Shown: positions 1 through 9,053 of the stretch, one piece after another
How the letters are laid out: every line of letters starts with the position of its first letter
Numbering within the stretch: the first letter of the stretch is position 1
Assembly: GCA_964612745.1 (NCBI GenBank)
Contig: CAZTCH010000001.1
Coordinates: 6,074-70,073 of the forward strand
Direction: 5' to 3'
Source of the DNA: an uncultured Candidatus Saccharibacteria bacterium
Lineage (GTDB): Bacteria > Patescibacteriota > Doudnabacteria > UBA920
Length of the DNA stretch: 64,000 nucleotides
Notes under the pieces: model-generated
What the model was told of the DNA's origin: nothing
The model's input: only the letters and a program-made list of their open reading frames with translations
The model's database searches: none
Program-made: the position numbers and the translations under genes

Positions 1-408
1 CACAAGGGATGGAGCGAAAAGATTCACAGAACTGGGGTGCGCTAGTGAGATGGTTCCGGTAAGTGCTTTATATTGTGTGAGTTGCTCTTCTAGTTCCGCG
101 AGTAGTATCTGTGTTTGTTCTGGTGTAAGAGCGTCTTTTTCTGTCCACTCAAGGGATATGTGGTACCCTTTGGCGGGTTGCCAAATTATGTATTCTGCAT
201 ATTCTTTTGGGATATGGGAAGAAAGCCACGTATAGATTTCTGCTTGAACGACAGGCGGTACCTCTAAAAGAACTCCAAAAGTAGTAAGCTTTTGTTTTTC
301 TGGAGAAACGACAACTACGTTGGTGTCTTGGATTTTGGCCCAGTGAGTTGCGAGGCTCTTGTCCCATTCCGTATCTAGTTGGTAGCTGTTAGTAGTGGGG
401 GTTGTCAT
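1..408 (-). CDS. 2H phosphoesterase (LigT / 2'-5' RNA ligase-like) family protein, 3' end outside window
   Basis: Not in ORF track (open at window edge). Manual translation from ATG 408: MTTPTTNSYQLDTEWDK...IIWQPAKGYHISLEW...; W-x-P-x-x-x-x-H-I-S-L fits the first HxS/T motif; second motif not in window. Confidence 0.55.
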   Translation of the reverse strand, partial: MTTPTTNSYQLDTEWDKSLATHWAKIQDTNVVVVSPEKQKLTTFGVLLEVPPVVQAEIYTWLSSHIPKEYAEYIIWQPAKGYHISLEWTEKDALTPEQTQILLAELEEQLTQYKALTGTISLAHPSSVNLFAPSLV

Positions 409-410
409 AA

Positions 411-1544
411 TTACCGTATCGCGTTTGCAATAGTACTCACGACATTAGGATTAAATGGAGAGGGGAGTATTTCTTCTGGTGTTGGTTGTTCAACTAATTT
501 CGCAAGTGCTTCTGCTGCTTGGGTGAGCATGGTGTCGGTAATTTGGGTGACGGCATTGTCGAGTGCACCACGAAAGATACCAGGGAATGCGAGAACGTTG
601 TTGATTTGGTTTGGGAAATCACTTCTGCCTGTTGCTACAATAAACGCTCCTGCCTCGAGCGCTTCCTGTGGTAGTATTTCTGGAGCGGGATTGGCGAGTG
701 CGAAAATGATTGGTCGTTCTGCCATTTTGCGTACCATGTCTGGGGTCAAGAGTCCTGCTTTGCTAACTCCAATAAAGACATGGGCACTAGCAATAGCTGT
801 TTCCAGACCACCAGAAAGTTGCTTGGGGTTTGTTTTTTGTGCGAGGTGGAGTTTTTCTTCGGTAAGGTCGGTGCGGGAAGTGGTGATAATGCCATGACTG
901 TCTACCACAAGCAGTTGGGTAAAACCGTAGAGACACAAGAGCTCTGCAATGGCGGACCCTGCAGCGCCTGCACCGTTAATAACTATTTGTGCGGTGTGTT
1001 TGTCTAACCCACGAAGCTGTAGGCTGTTGATAAGTGCGGCTAATACTACAACTGCTGTGCCGTGTTGGTCGTCGTGCATAACAGGGATGGCTAGCTCTGC
1101 TTTTAACCGCCGCTCTATTTCAAAGCATCTCGGAGCTGCTATGTCTTCTAGGTTTATTCCACCAAATACTGGTGCAATATTTTTGATGGTCGCAATAATT
1201 CTCTCTGTATCTTGTGTGTCTAAACAGAGGGGGAATGCATCTATGTCTGCGAACTCTTTGAATAATGCGCATTTGCCTTCCATGACTGGCAGTCCGGCGA
1301 GCGCGCCAATATTGCCTAAACCGAGTACTGCTGATCCATCTGTAATAACCGCAATAGTATTGCGTTTGAGTGTGTACTCACGGGCTTCTGCGGGGTCTTG
1401 CCGGATAACTTCGCACACTGCAGCGACGCCAGGGGTATAGGCAGTCGCTAAATCTTCCTTAGTTTTTAGAGGGACTTTGACCGAAGTGCTAATTTTGCCG
1501 TGGTTGGTCTTATGGAGCTCGAGCGCAGCTTTGTTATAGTCCAT
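411..1544 (-). CDS. NAD(P)-dependent malic enzyme (short form)
   Basis: AYTPGVA, TDGSAVLGLGNIG, PVMEGK, NLEDI, HDDQHGT, GAGAAG, TGRSDFPNQINN motifs. Confidence 0.95.
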   Translation of the reverse strand: MDYNKAALELHKTNHGKISTSVKVPLKTKEDLATAYTPGVAAVCEVIRQDPAEAREYTLKRNTIAVITDGSAVLGLGNIGALAGLPVMEGKCALFKEFADIDAFPLCLDTQDTERIIATIKNIAPVFGGINLEDIAAPRCFEIERRLKAELAIPVMHDDQHGTAVVVLAALINSLQLRGLDKHTAQIVINGAGAAGSAIAELLCLYGFTQLLVVDSHGIITTSRTDLTEEKLHLAQKTNPKQLSGGLETAIASAHVFIGVSKAGLLTPDMVRKMAERPIIFALANPAPEILPQEALEAGAFIVATGRSDFPNQINNVLAFPGIFRGALDNAVTQITDTMLTQAAEALAKLVEQPTPEEILPSPFNPNVVSTIANAIR

Positions 1545-1552
1545 GAATATAG

Positions 1553-2215
1553 TTATTTAGCCAATGCTTCTTCTATTTTTTGCTTTGCAGCGGCAAGACC
1601 GCCGTTGTAAATTTGTTCACCGTTTACGTAGAACGTAGGTGTGCCTGGGTTGCCAAGTGCGCTACCGTCTGTTTCATCTTGGTTAATCCGACCTCTGCTG
1701 GATTGGCCGACAAGGGCTTTGTCAAATTTTTCTTCATCTAGTCCAACTGCTTTTGCCATGGTGCGGAAGACTGGTTTTGGATCGCCGAGAGTTTCCCATT
1801 CTGGTTGCTTGGCGTACAAGAGGTCTAACATTTCCCAGAACTTTCCTTGTGCGCCTGCTGCTTCTACTGCATCGGCAGCAACTTTTGCGTTTTTGTGTTG
1901 TGGGAGTGGGTAATGTCTGAATACAAATTTAACTCTATCTCCGTATTCTTTGAATAGTTCGTTTACACTTGGGTTTATTGCTGCACAGGCAGGGCATTGC
2001 ACATCTGCAAATTCAACAAAAGTTACGGCGCTATCGAGCTTGCCACGGACATTCGGCGTTTCTCGATTAATCGCTTCTTCCTTTGTTTTCGGATCGGTTG
2101 TTGCAGTTGGGTTGGTGTAGTTCTGTGGTGAGCGGAGCATGAGCACAATGCCCACACCGAGGACAACAAGAACAATTGCGAGAATCATACCGACAAGTTT
2201 TGCTTCTTTAGTCAT
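1553..2215 (-). CDS. Membrane-anchored DsbA/BdbD-like thioredoxin-fold protein
   Basis: EFADVQCPAC (CxxC), FRHYPL, GTPTFYVNG; N-terminal TM helix; start moved to MTKEAK. Confidence 0.9.
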   Translation of the reverse strand: MTKEAKLVGMILAIVLVVLGVGIVLMLRSPQNYTNPTATTDPKTKEEAINRETPNVRGKLDSAVTFVEFADVQCPACAAINPSVNELFKEYGDRVKFVFRHYPLPQHKNAKVAADAVEAAGAQGKFWEMLDLLYAKQPEWETLGDPKPVFRTMAKAVGLDEEKFDKALVGQSSRGRINQDETDGSALGNPGTPTFYVNGEQIYNGGLAAAKQKIEEALAK

Positions 2216-2480
2216 AAGTGTAGAGAGAAGAATTAGTAAAAATAGAAGAGTTAGAAGAAATAGCCCCGATACTGCATCGGGACCCCGCAAAGTGCGGGGA
2301 GAATAGAAAGTGGGGAGAGCTTTTTAGCTTCCAAGCTTTCTAGCTGTTAGCTTTTAGGAATTAGGGGGTAGGGAGTAGCAATGCAAAATCCACAAAAGTG
2401 GTTTTTCTATTCTACTCTCTATTCTCTACCCTCTATCCGTCCGTTCGACGTTAAGACCTGAAGACGTTCGACTGCTTTCT

Positions 2481-2924
2481 TTATTCTGGTTTTTGCACCG
2501 TACGGCGGAAGAGTAGTAGGAGTACTGTAATTCCGAGGAAACCAAGTGCTGCGAGCAATGGTATGGTCACGAATCCACCCCATTCAATGAACTTTGTAGT
2601 ACAGGAAACACCTGCGACACAAGGAGCTGCTGCTTCGGGTAAAATTTCGTAGTATAGCAGGTTGTGGTACAGGGCAATTCCGAGTCCCACAAGGGAGAAT
2701 GGTAGTGCGTAGCGAAACACAGATCGGTCTTTCGTGGCAATGCCTACTGCGAGAATGGCGACGAGGGGGTACATGCAAATGCGCTGGTACCAGCAGAGCA
2801 CGCAGGGTGGGTAGTTGGCGATTTCACTAAAATACAGACTGCCAAGCATGCCTATAATACTGCCTACCCATGCCAAGAGTAAATAGCCCAATGGCCATGG
2901 TTTTTGTTGTGATTGTATATCCAT
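2481..2924 (-). CDS. Disulfide bond formation protein DsbB/BdbC
   Basis: SLYFSEI...PCVLCWYQRICMYP motif, second Cys pair, 4 TM; adjacent to DsbA-like gene. Confidence 0.92.
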   Translation of the reverse strand: MDIQSQQKPWPLGYLLLAWVGSIIGMLGSLYFSEIANYPPCVLCWYQRICMYPLVAILAVGIATKDRSVFRYALPFSLVGLGIALYHNLLYYEILPEAAAPCVAGVSCTTKFIEWGGFVTIPLLAALGFLGITVLLLLFRRTVQKPE

Positions 2925-2973
2925 ATAGATATTGTATCACGAAGCGTTTGGTGTTTGTTTGGCCCTAAAACGA

Positions 2974-4383
2974 CTAGTTTTGAGTCTCTGGAACCGATTG
3001 GGAGATGATTTGTTTGTACGTAAAAGCGCTGGGTCTGATGGTGCGAGCTTGGTTGTTTGCGTAATCTACAGCAACAAGTCCAAACCTTGGCCAGAAACCT
3101 TTATCCCATTCGAAGTTGTCCAGAAGTGACCAGGTAAAATACCCACGGACATCTGCACCAGTTTGTAGAGCTTGTTGTACCCAAAAGATGTGGTCAGAAA
3201 TATATGCTGCTCGTAAAGTATCTTGCGCATCTGCAATCCCATTTTCTGTAATATAGATCGGTTTATTGTAACGTTGCGTTGTCTGCATGATTAGCTCGTA
3301 TATGCCATGTGGGTAGACTTCCCAGCCCATGTCGCTCTGTATTGGGGCATTAGGGTCTGGAAAGTTTCGTATCGACACACCATTTTTTCGGTTGAGTGAG
3401 ACTGCGTATTGCATTGGTCCGTAATACTGAATGCCAATAAAGTCCGAATAGTCCTTGGTTGCATCAAGAAATTTCCAATTGGCAAAACCATCAAGATACT
3501 GTTGTGCAAGAGTATTTAGTGCGGTTGCTGGTGCTGCACGTCCTAGTTGCATAGCATGCGTGCTCCCGACTTGCGCGGCTGTATTTTTAGAGTGAATAGC
3601 AGTGTAGGCTTGTTTGTGTGCTTCCATCATGCGCGCAAAGGCCTGATTACCTAAGCGGATACTGCGTTGTTCTGGTGGGATGATTCCTTGGACATATCCT
3701 CCACCAATGTGTAGTTCTGGTTCATTAAACGTCATGTAGTAGGTCACTTGCGAGCCAAATGTCTCTGCGACTTTTGTAGCAAATCGCGTAAAATCGCCCA
3801 CTGTTTTTTCGTTTGTCCATTCGCCTTGATCTGCAATCCAAGTGGGCTGAGTTCGGTGCCATAGTGTGACAAACGGTTCAATGCCCGCTGCTTTGAGTTC
3901 TGAAACAAAAGTCTGATAGTGGTTTAGTGCAGCGGTGTCAAATACTCCATCTGCAGGTTCAATCCGTGACCACTCGACTGAAAAACGATAGGCGGTTAGC
4001 CCGAGCTTTTTCATAATTGCAATGTCTTCCGGGTAACGATGTAACTGGTCCGCTGCTGTTCCAGAAATGTAGTTACTGCTTTCGCTCGCCGTTGCTGAAA
4101 ACAAGCCCCAACGGGGGGTGTTGCTAAATTTGTCCTCAGCCCCAGCAGCGAGCTGCTCAGCATGTGCTTGTTCCCACTGTGTCCAGTCATTGGAGGTGGA
4201 ACCTTCTACTTGGTGGGCAGAGGTGCTTGCTCCCCATAAAAACGAAGTGGGGAGGCGCAGATCTGTTACGGAATATGCTGGGGTCGGGATTTTCTTTCGT
4301 GTAGGGAGTGGTACAGTACAGGCGAGGATTACGAGTAGTATGATTGTGAGAGCGAAGCGGGGTATAAATGAGCGAATATGCAT
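2974..4383 (-). CDS. Glycoside hydrolase family 1 (beta-glucosidase-like) with N-terminal anchor
   Basis: FLWGASTSAHQVEG, YRFSVEWSRIEP, TFNEP (acid/base), YITENG (nucleophile), WSLLDNFEW. Confidence 0.93.
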   Translation of the reverse strand: MHIRSFIPRFALTIILLVILACTVPLPTRKKIPTPAYSVTDLRLPTSFLWGASTSAHQVEGSTSNDWTQWEQAHAEQLAAGAEDKFSNTPRWGLFSATASESSNYISGTAADQLHRYPEDIAIMKKLGLTAYRFSVEWSRIEPADGVFDTAALNHYQTFVSELKAAGIEPFVTLWHRTQPTWIADQGEWTNEKTVGDFTRFATKVAETFGSQVTYYMTFNEPELHIGGGYVQGIIPPEQRSIRLGNQAFARMMEAHKQAYTAIHSKNTAAQVGSTHAMQLGRAAPATALNTLAQQYLDGFANWKFLDATKDYSDFIGIQYYGPMQYAVSLNRKNGVSIRNFPDPNAPIQSDMGWEVYPHGIYELIMQTTQRYNKPIYITENGIADAQDTLRAAYISDHIFWVQQALQTGADVRGYFTWSLLDNFEWDKGFWPRFGLVAVDYANNQARTIRPSAFTYKQIISQSVPETQN

Positions 4384-4460
4384 ATGTATAGTAGTATACC
4401 AGCTCTCGGTTGGGTGCGTGAGGAATACTGTATACTAGAAGTAGTGAAAATTTAGTCTGT

Positions 4461-5831
4461 ATGAAAAAGAATACATTACAAAAAGCAGCCGAAGTGCCGG
4501 CTTCTCTGGTAGAGCGAGGTGTTGAAGATTTAAAGAAATTAGAATCTGAGCTACTGAGTAAAAAACCACTCAAAGCAGCAGAGGATTATTGGCATACGCT
4601 TGGCCCTGGTTTGACCACAGGAGCTTCGGATGATGACCCTTCGGGGATAGCGACATATTCACAAGCAGGAGCGCGGTATGGCTTCCAGCTTTCGTGGCTC
4701 GCTCTGTTTACATTTCCGCTCATGGGCGTGGTGCAAGAAATGTGCGCGCGCATTGGGCTTGTTACCGGTCGAGGCTTAGCAGCCAACATACGGATTTTCT
4801 ACTCAAAAAAAGTTCTCTACGCTGCTGCGACTTTTTTGTTCGTAGCGAATACTTTTAACATTGGGGCAGACTTGGGTGCCATGGCACAAGCAGCGCAGTT
4901 ACTTGCACCAGAAGTGAACTTCTATGTGTTTCTGATTGGGTTTGCACTTATTTCTGTGCTGTTGCAAATATTTACCACGTACGCGCGGTATGCGCGATAT
5001 TTGAAGTACTTAGCACTTGTACTCTTTTCGTATATGTTATCGGCTCTGAGTGTGCGGCTGGATTGGCACGCACTCCTCACTGCTACCATTGTTCCTTCCA
5101 TAGAATTTTCTCGAGAGCAAATACTGTTACTATGTGCTATTTTGGGCACGACTATCTCTCCGTATTTGTTTTTTTGGCAAACCTCCCAAGAAGTAGAAGA
5201 AGAAATTTTGAAGGGCGAGAAAACTATTGCAGCGAGACAACGTTCGGTGACACCAAAAGAAATTTCTCGTATGCGGACGGATGTGTGGTCCGGTATGTTT
5301 ATTTCTAACTTGGTCATGTTCTTTATTATTGCTGCGTGTGCAGCGACTCTGTTTGCGTCTGGTGTGACCAATATAGAAACAGCAGCAGATGCAGCAGCAG
5401 CGCTCAAACCTATTGCAGGGAACGCAGCGTATTGGTTTTTTGCACTGGGTATAATTGGAACAGGTATGTTAGCAATCCCTGTGTTGGCTGGGGCGAGTTC
5501 GTACGCTTTGGCAGAAAGTTTTGGTTGGCGACAGGGACTCTACCGAACATTGGACCAAGCAAAAGCTTTTTATGGGGTGATTATAATTGCTATGGTGCTC
5601 GGCGTACTTATGAATATGACAGGCATTGATCCTGTAAAAGCACTTATATATTCCGCAGTGTTAAATGGAGTTATAGCAGCCCCAATTTTAGCGCTTATTG
5701 TGCGGTTGAGTAGTAGTAAGCGAGTAATGGGAGACTACAAAAATGCACGGTGGCGTACTGCGGTGGGCTGGCTTACGGTAGCGCTTATGGCGGTTTCTGG
5801 TATTGCAGCGTTGGCTACTTTGGTTATTTAA
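4461..5831 (+). CDS. Nramp-family divalent metal transporter
   Basis: GPGLTTGASDDDPSGIATYSQAGA and GTTISPYLFFWQ motifs, about 11 TM. Confidence 0.9.
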   Translation: MKKNTLQKAAEVPASLVERGVEDLKKLESELLSKKPLKAAEDYWHTLGPGLTTGASDDDPSGIATYSQAGARYGFQLSWLALFTFPLMGVVQEMCARIGLVTGRGLAANIRIFYSKKVLYAAATFLFVANTFNIGADLGAMAQAAQLLAPEVNFYVFLIGFALISVLLQIFTTYARYARYLKYLALVLFSYMLSALSVRLDWHALLTATIVPSIEFSREQILLLCAILGTTISPYLFFWQTSQEVEEEILKGEKTIAARQRSVTPKEISRMRTDVWSGMFISNLVMFFIIAACAATLFASGVTNIETAADAAAALKPIAGNAAYWFFALGIIGTGMLAIPVLAGASSYALAESFGWRQGLYRTLDQAKAFYGVIIIAMVLGVLMNMTGIDPVKALIYSAVLNGVIAAPILALIVRLSSSKRVMGDYKNARWRTAVGWLTVALMAVSGIAALATLVI

Positions 5832-5852
5832 AGAAATTGTTGAGTTATGTGA

Positions 5853-5892
5853 AAAAGGGTAACCCTTTCCGATGCGAAAGGGATACCCTTTT
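5853..5892. repeat. Palindromic REP-like doublet (AGGGTAACCCT family); possible bidirectional terminator
   Basis: aaaagggtaaccctttc-cgatgc-gaaagggataccctttt between convergent genes; similar copy at 36791-36829. Confidence 0.65.
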
Positions 5893-5900
5893 CTTTTAGT

Positions 5901-6698
5901 TTAGAGTTGGTAGTTGCCAACGTGAGTGCGAACGAGCTGGTAGATGCACGCACCAGTGCCCAGCTTTGCCCCTAATTCATGAACGAGTGAGCGAATGTAC
6001 GTACCACTTTGGCAATGTACTGTAAACGTTATGGTGGTGAATGGCTTTTGCGGTGATTGCAAAAGGGCGTCCCACGTCCCGAGTATATCTGCTTGTCTAA
6101 AATCTCCGTGTACGCGGGGAATATAGGTGTGCAGGCGTGTAGAAAGTTCGCTCGGCTCTATGGTGTTGAAGTGCGGTGTGGAGATGTTTGTTATGTGAGT
6201 AGTGCGCAATGGCGCAATGTGCACAGTTGGTTGTTTTCGTGCCCACCAAAACAGTGGTTTACCTTGGTGAGGAGGAGAACTGAACGGGGGAAGGGGGAGG
6301 GTGGTAGTGCCGACAAGTGATTGCAGAACAGGAGTTGCTTGAGCAAGTAATTGACCAGAATTGTCCAGAATTGACATTGAATGACCAGAATTGAAAACAG
6401 GCATACCAAGAAGGTCGTAGGAATCAGTGGCAATGCCGAGAAGGGCGGTAACAGTGTAGATTTTATCTAACCCTAAGAACTCTGGTTTTTTGTGAACCAT
6501 GTCTCCTGCCAGCACAAGCAGTAACCCTTCTGCCATAGGATCAAGCCTCCCTGCGTACGTGAGCAAAGTATTAGCGAGTGTTGGTTGTTGTAGTCTGAGT
6601 TCATCCAATGTTTGTAACGGGGTTTGTCCTGCGGGCTTGTAGACGCCCCAGACACCAGAAGAAAACTCTTGGCTTTGTAATAACGTGGTTGTGTCCAT
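5901..6698 (-). CDS. truB: tRNA pseudouridine(55) synthase TruB-like, lacking PUA domain
   Basis: YKPAGQT, YAGRLDPMAEGLL (catalytic Asp), LGIATDSYDLLG, CQSGTYIRSLVHELG. Confidence 0.85.
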   Translation of the reverse strand: MDTTTLLQSQEFSSGVWGVYKPAGQTPLQTLDELRLQQPTLANTLLTYAGRLDPMAEGLLLVLAGDMVHKKPEFLGLDKIYTVTALLGIATDSYDLLGMPVFNSGHSMSILDNSGQLLAQATPVLQSLVGTTTLPLPPFSSPPHQGKPLFWWARKQPTVHIAPLRTTHITNISTPHFNTIEPSELSTRLHTYIPRVHGDFRQADILGTWDALLQSPQKPFTTITFTVHCQSGTYIRSLVHELGAKLGTGACIYQLVRTHVGNYQL

Positions 6699-6716
6699 GA
6701 AAAGATGGCTGGTGGC

Positions 6717-7694
6717 TTACGTGGTGGCGAAGTACACAAAATAAATTGCCTGTGCAATAACAAAGAGTGTGTATACGGACAAGAGTAGGTAGCCCTCTTT
6801 TCTGCTAATGTCCGTTTTGGATTTTGCTGCAATAAAAAATGCGATAAATCCTGCCACAGTGAGTGCCGCAGTGGCTTGAAATTCGCGTGCTTCGAGGTTG
6901 AAGTTACCATTTACAAATGGCAGGAACGCAAAAAATACGGTATTGGCAACAGCGGAACCAAGATAATCCCCAAGGGCGATATCTTTTCGCTTTTTTAATA
7001 TAGAACGAATAGCTATAACCAGTTCTGGAACATTCGTTCCGAGCGAGAGAAGTAGTAGGCCAATGATAGAGCTCGGAACGCTGAGTGCGTTGGAAAAAAA
7101 GACGGCTTCCTGTACTAGTAAATGCCCCGCAGCAAAAATTGCAGCTGCGCCAATTACTATTTTCCCAATATCCCACATGCCGGCGTGACTCTTTTCGACA
7201 AGGCTGGACTCTAGGGCTTGGAGTACTTTAGGGGCGGCAACATTACCTTGTTTTCGGATTTGGTACAACAGCGAAACATATAACAGTAAGCAGAGCAAAC
7301 CTTCTTGACGGTTAAGGTTGCCATCGAGTACAAGGAGCACAGGGAGCGCTGCCACTACGAGTGCGAGCCCTAAATTTTTTCTGGAAAGGGTATTTTTCAG
7401 AGTGACACCTTTGCCCACAACAGCGAGAGCGGGAATGACGAGTAGTATGAGCACAAACGAAGCGCCAATGAGATTTCCGGCGGACACTTGTGGGTTACCC
7501 TCTATGCTCGCATTGACCATGACAGAAAACTCGCTAATAGAGGTAAGAAAACCGAGTAAGAAAAAAGCTACCGTAAAACCAGTTTGGTGAAATCTGCGAG
7601 CTACTTTGCTGGCAGACTCCACGAGCATACCGGCAAAAAACCAAATAACAGCAGCAGAAAAAAATAGGGTAATAATATGGGGGATGTAGTTCAT
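6717..7694 (-). CDS. Sodium:calcium antiporter (CaCA family)
   Basis: Alpha repeats GFLTSISE and LGTNVPE, GNLIGA/GDYLGS, about 10 TM. Confidence 0.85.
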   Translation of the reverse strand: MNYIPHIITLFFSAAVIWFFAGMLVESASKVARRFHQTGFTVAFFLLGFLTSISEFSVMVNASIEGNPQVSAGNLIGASFVLILLVIPALAVVGKGVTLKNTLSRKNLGLALVVAALPVLLVLDGNLNRQEGLLCLLLYVSLLYQIRKQGNVAAPKVLQALESSLVEKSHAGMWDIGKIVIGAAAIFAAGHLLVQEAVFFSNALSVPSSIIGLLLLSLGTNVPELVIAIRSILKKRKDIALGDYLGSAVANTVFFAFLPFVNGNFNLEAREFQATAALTVAGFIAFFIAAKSKTDISRKEGYLLLSVYTLFVIAQAIYFVYFATT

Positions 7695-7725
7695 ACGTAT
7701 TGTGTGACTAGCGATGATTTGTCAG

Positions 7726-8238
7726 TTAGCCGAACCACTGAATATGCGCGCCAAGGGGGAGTTTGCGAATGGTGGCTCCTGCTGGGTCGGCGGATATCCA
7801 TTCAGCACCAATTTTGACTCGTAGGTGTTGGTGAATAAAGAAATTAAAAAACACCGTTTTCATTTGAATATCTTCTGGTCGAAACAAAGAGCTGGTAGTG
7901 AGTAAGGTAAACAGTAAGTAGTTTTGGGTGTTGCAGTGTGCATAGCCCGGCGCATTCCAAATTTCTTCTAAGTTCGTACGAAAGGCGAGTGGGGCGTACC
8001 AAACTGTTTGCATTCTTCCGGCCCAGTAGCGTTCTGCGACTAGTGTGTATGCAGCGAGAAGATACTCTTTTTGGGTGGGATGATTTTGTTCGAGTGACTG
8101 TACTACTTGTGTAATATTCGCCGGAACATGGGTTGGTTTACCCCACGCCCGAAAGCCCATGAAAGGAGCAGTGAGGCGTAACACAAGAAAAATAAGAAAA
8201 AAGTAACTCAGAATGCCAACTAAAAGGTATGTCCACAT
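7726..8238 (-). CDS. Membrane-anchored transglutaminase-like protein
   Basis: GYAHCNTQN (Cys), HQHLRV (His), WISADP (Asp) in transglutaminase-like spacing; N-terminal TM. Confidence 0.55.
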   Translation of the reverse strand: MWTYLLVGILSYFFLIFLVLRLTAPFMGFRAWGKPTHVPANITQVVQSLEQNHPTQKEYLLAAYTLVAERYWAGRMQTVWYAPLAFRTNLEEIWNAPGYAHCNTQNYLLFTLLTTSSLFRPEDIQMKTVFFNFFIHQHLRVKIGAEWISADPAGATIRKLPLGAHIQWFG

Positions 8239-8418
8239 ATAGAATAAGTATACCAGTAGTCTCCTGCGTGCGGAGGGGTAGCCCTAGCGCTGGATCTACT
8301 TCAGGTTTATTGGCTTTTTAGAATGGTAGATCTGAGGTGTAATTCTACGAATTTTGTTTCAGGTAAGCCAATCTAGAGGACACCACTTTTCACGGCCGTG
8401 AAAAGTGGTGGCTTTTGG

Positions 8419-8464
8419 TTGACGGGGGAAAGTAGTTGCTATATACTTGAGTAGTCAAGTATAT
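8419..8464 (+). promoter_or_regulatory. Sigma70 promoter overlapped by a palindromic operator, probably for the MarR protein
   Basis: TTGACG (8419)-17 bp-TATACT (8442); perfect inverted repeat ATATACTTGA-gtag-TCAAGTATAT at 8441-8464. Confidence 0.7.
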
Positions 8465-8584
8465 ACATGTGCGGGGACGGTAGAAGCTGGGTGCATGTTG
8501 GAAGCGCTGAGGTGCTCTATAGCAGTGCTACATTTGTGCGTGTGTGCGACATGTCACAGTTTAAAAAAATAATTTGTGATCACT

Positions 8585-8995
8585 ATGAAAAAACTGAATG
8601 AAAAAATTGCTTTTATGTTTTTGCTTGCCAAAGCAGAAGCAGCTGCTTCTCGCAGATTAAGTGGACAAGGGTTGAGCCTCGCGGACTTGGCGGTGCTACA
8701 TGCGATTGCGGTTTCGCCAGAGGGTAAAGCACGGCGGACCGATTTAGCAGATGCAGTTGGTTTGACTGCGTCTGGGGTAACACGTTTGCTGTTGCCACTC
8801 GAGAAAATTGGTGTCGTAGCACGCGAATCGGCAGAGCTGGATGCACGCGTGAGTTTTGTGGTGCTTACCAAAGCAGGGAAGCAACTTCTGCAAGATGTCC
8901 TGACATGGACGGAGTTTAAAGTAGAAGATATGCTCCCAGATGTAGATGCAAAAAAGCTGGATATTGCCACGCATCTCTTGAAAAAAATTGCGTAG
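8585..8995 (+). CDS. MarR-family transcriptional regulator
   Basis: wHTH: RTDLADAVGLTASGVTRLLLPLEKIGVV...DARVSFVVLTKAG. Confidence 0.88.
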   Translation: MKKLNEKIAFMFLLAKAEAAASRRLSGQGLSLADLAVLHAIAVSPEGKARRTDLADAVGLTASGVTRLLLPLEKIGVVARESAELDARVSFVVLTKAGKQLLQDVLTWTEFKVEDMLPDVDAKKLDIATHLLKKIA

Positions 8996-9053
8996 TATTA
9001 GTGCTATACTTACAGAATGCGATGCTTTGAAGCCTAATTTTTCTTCCGATTTT

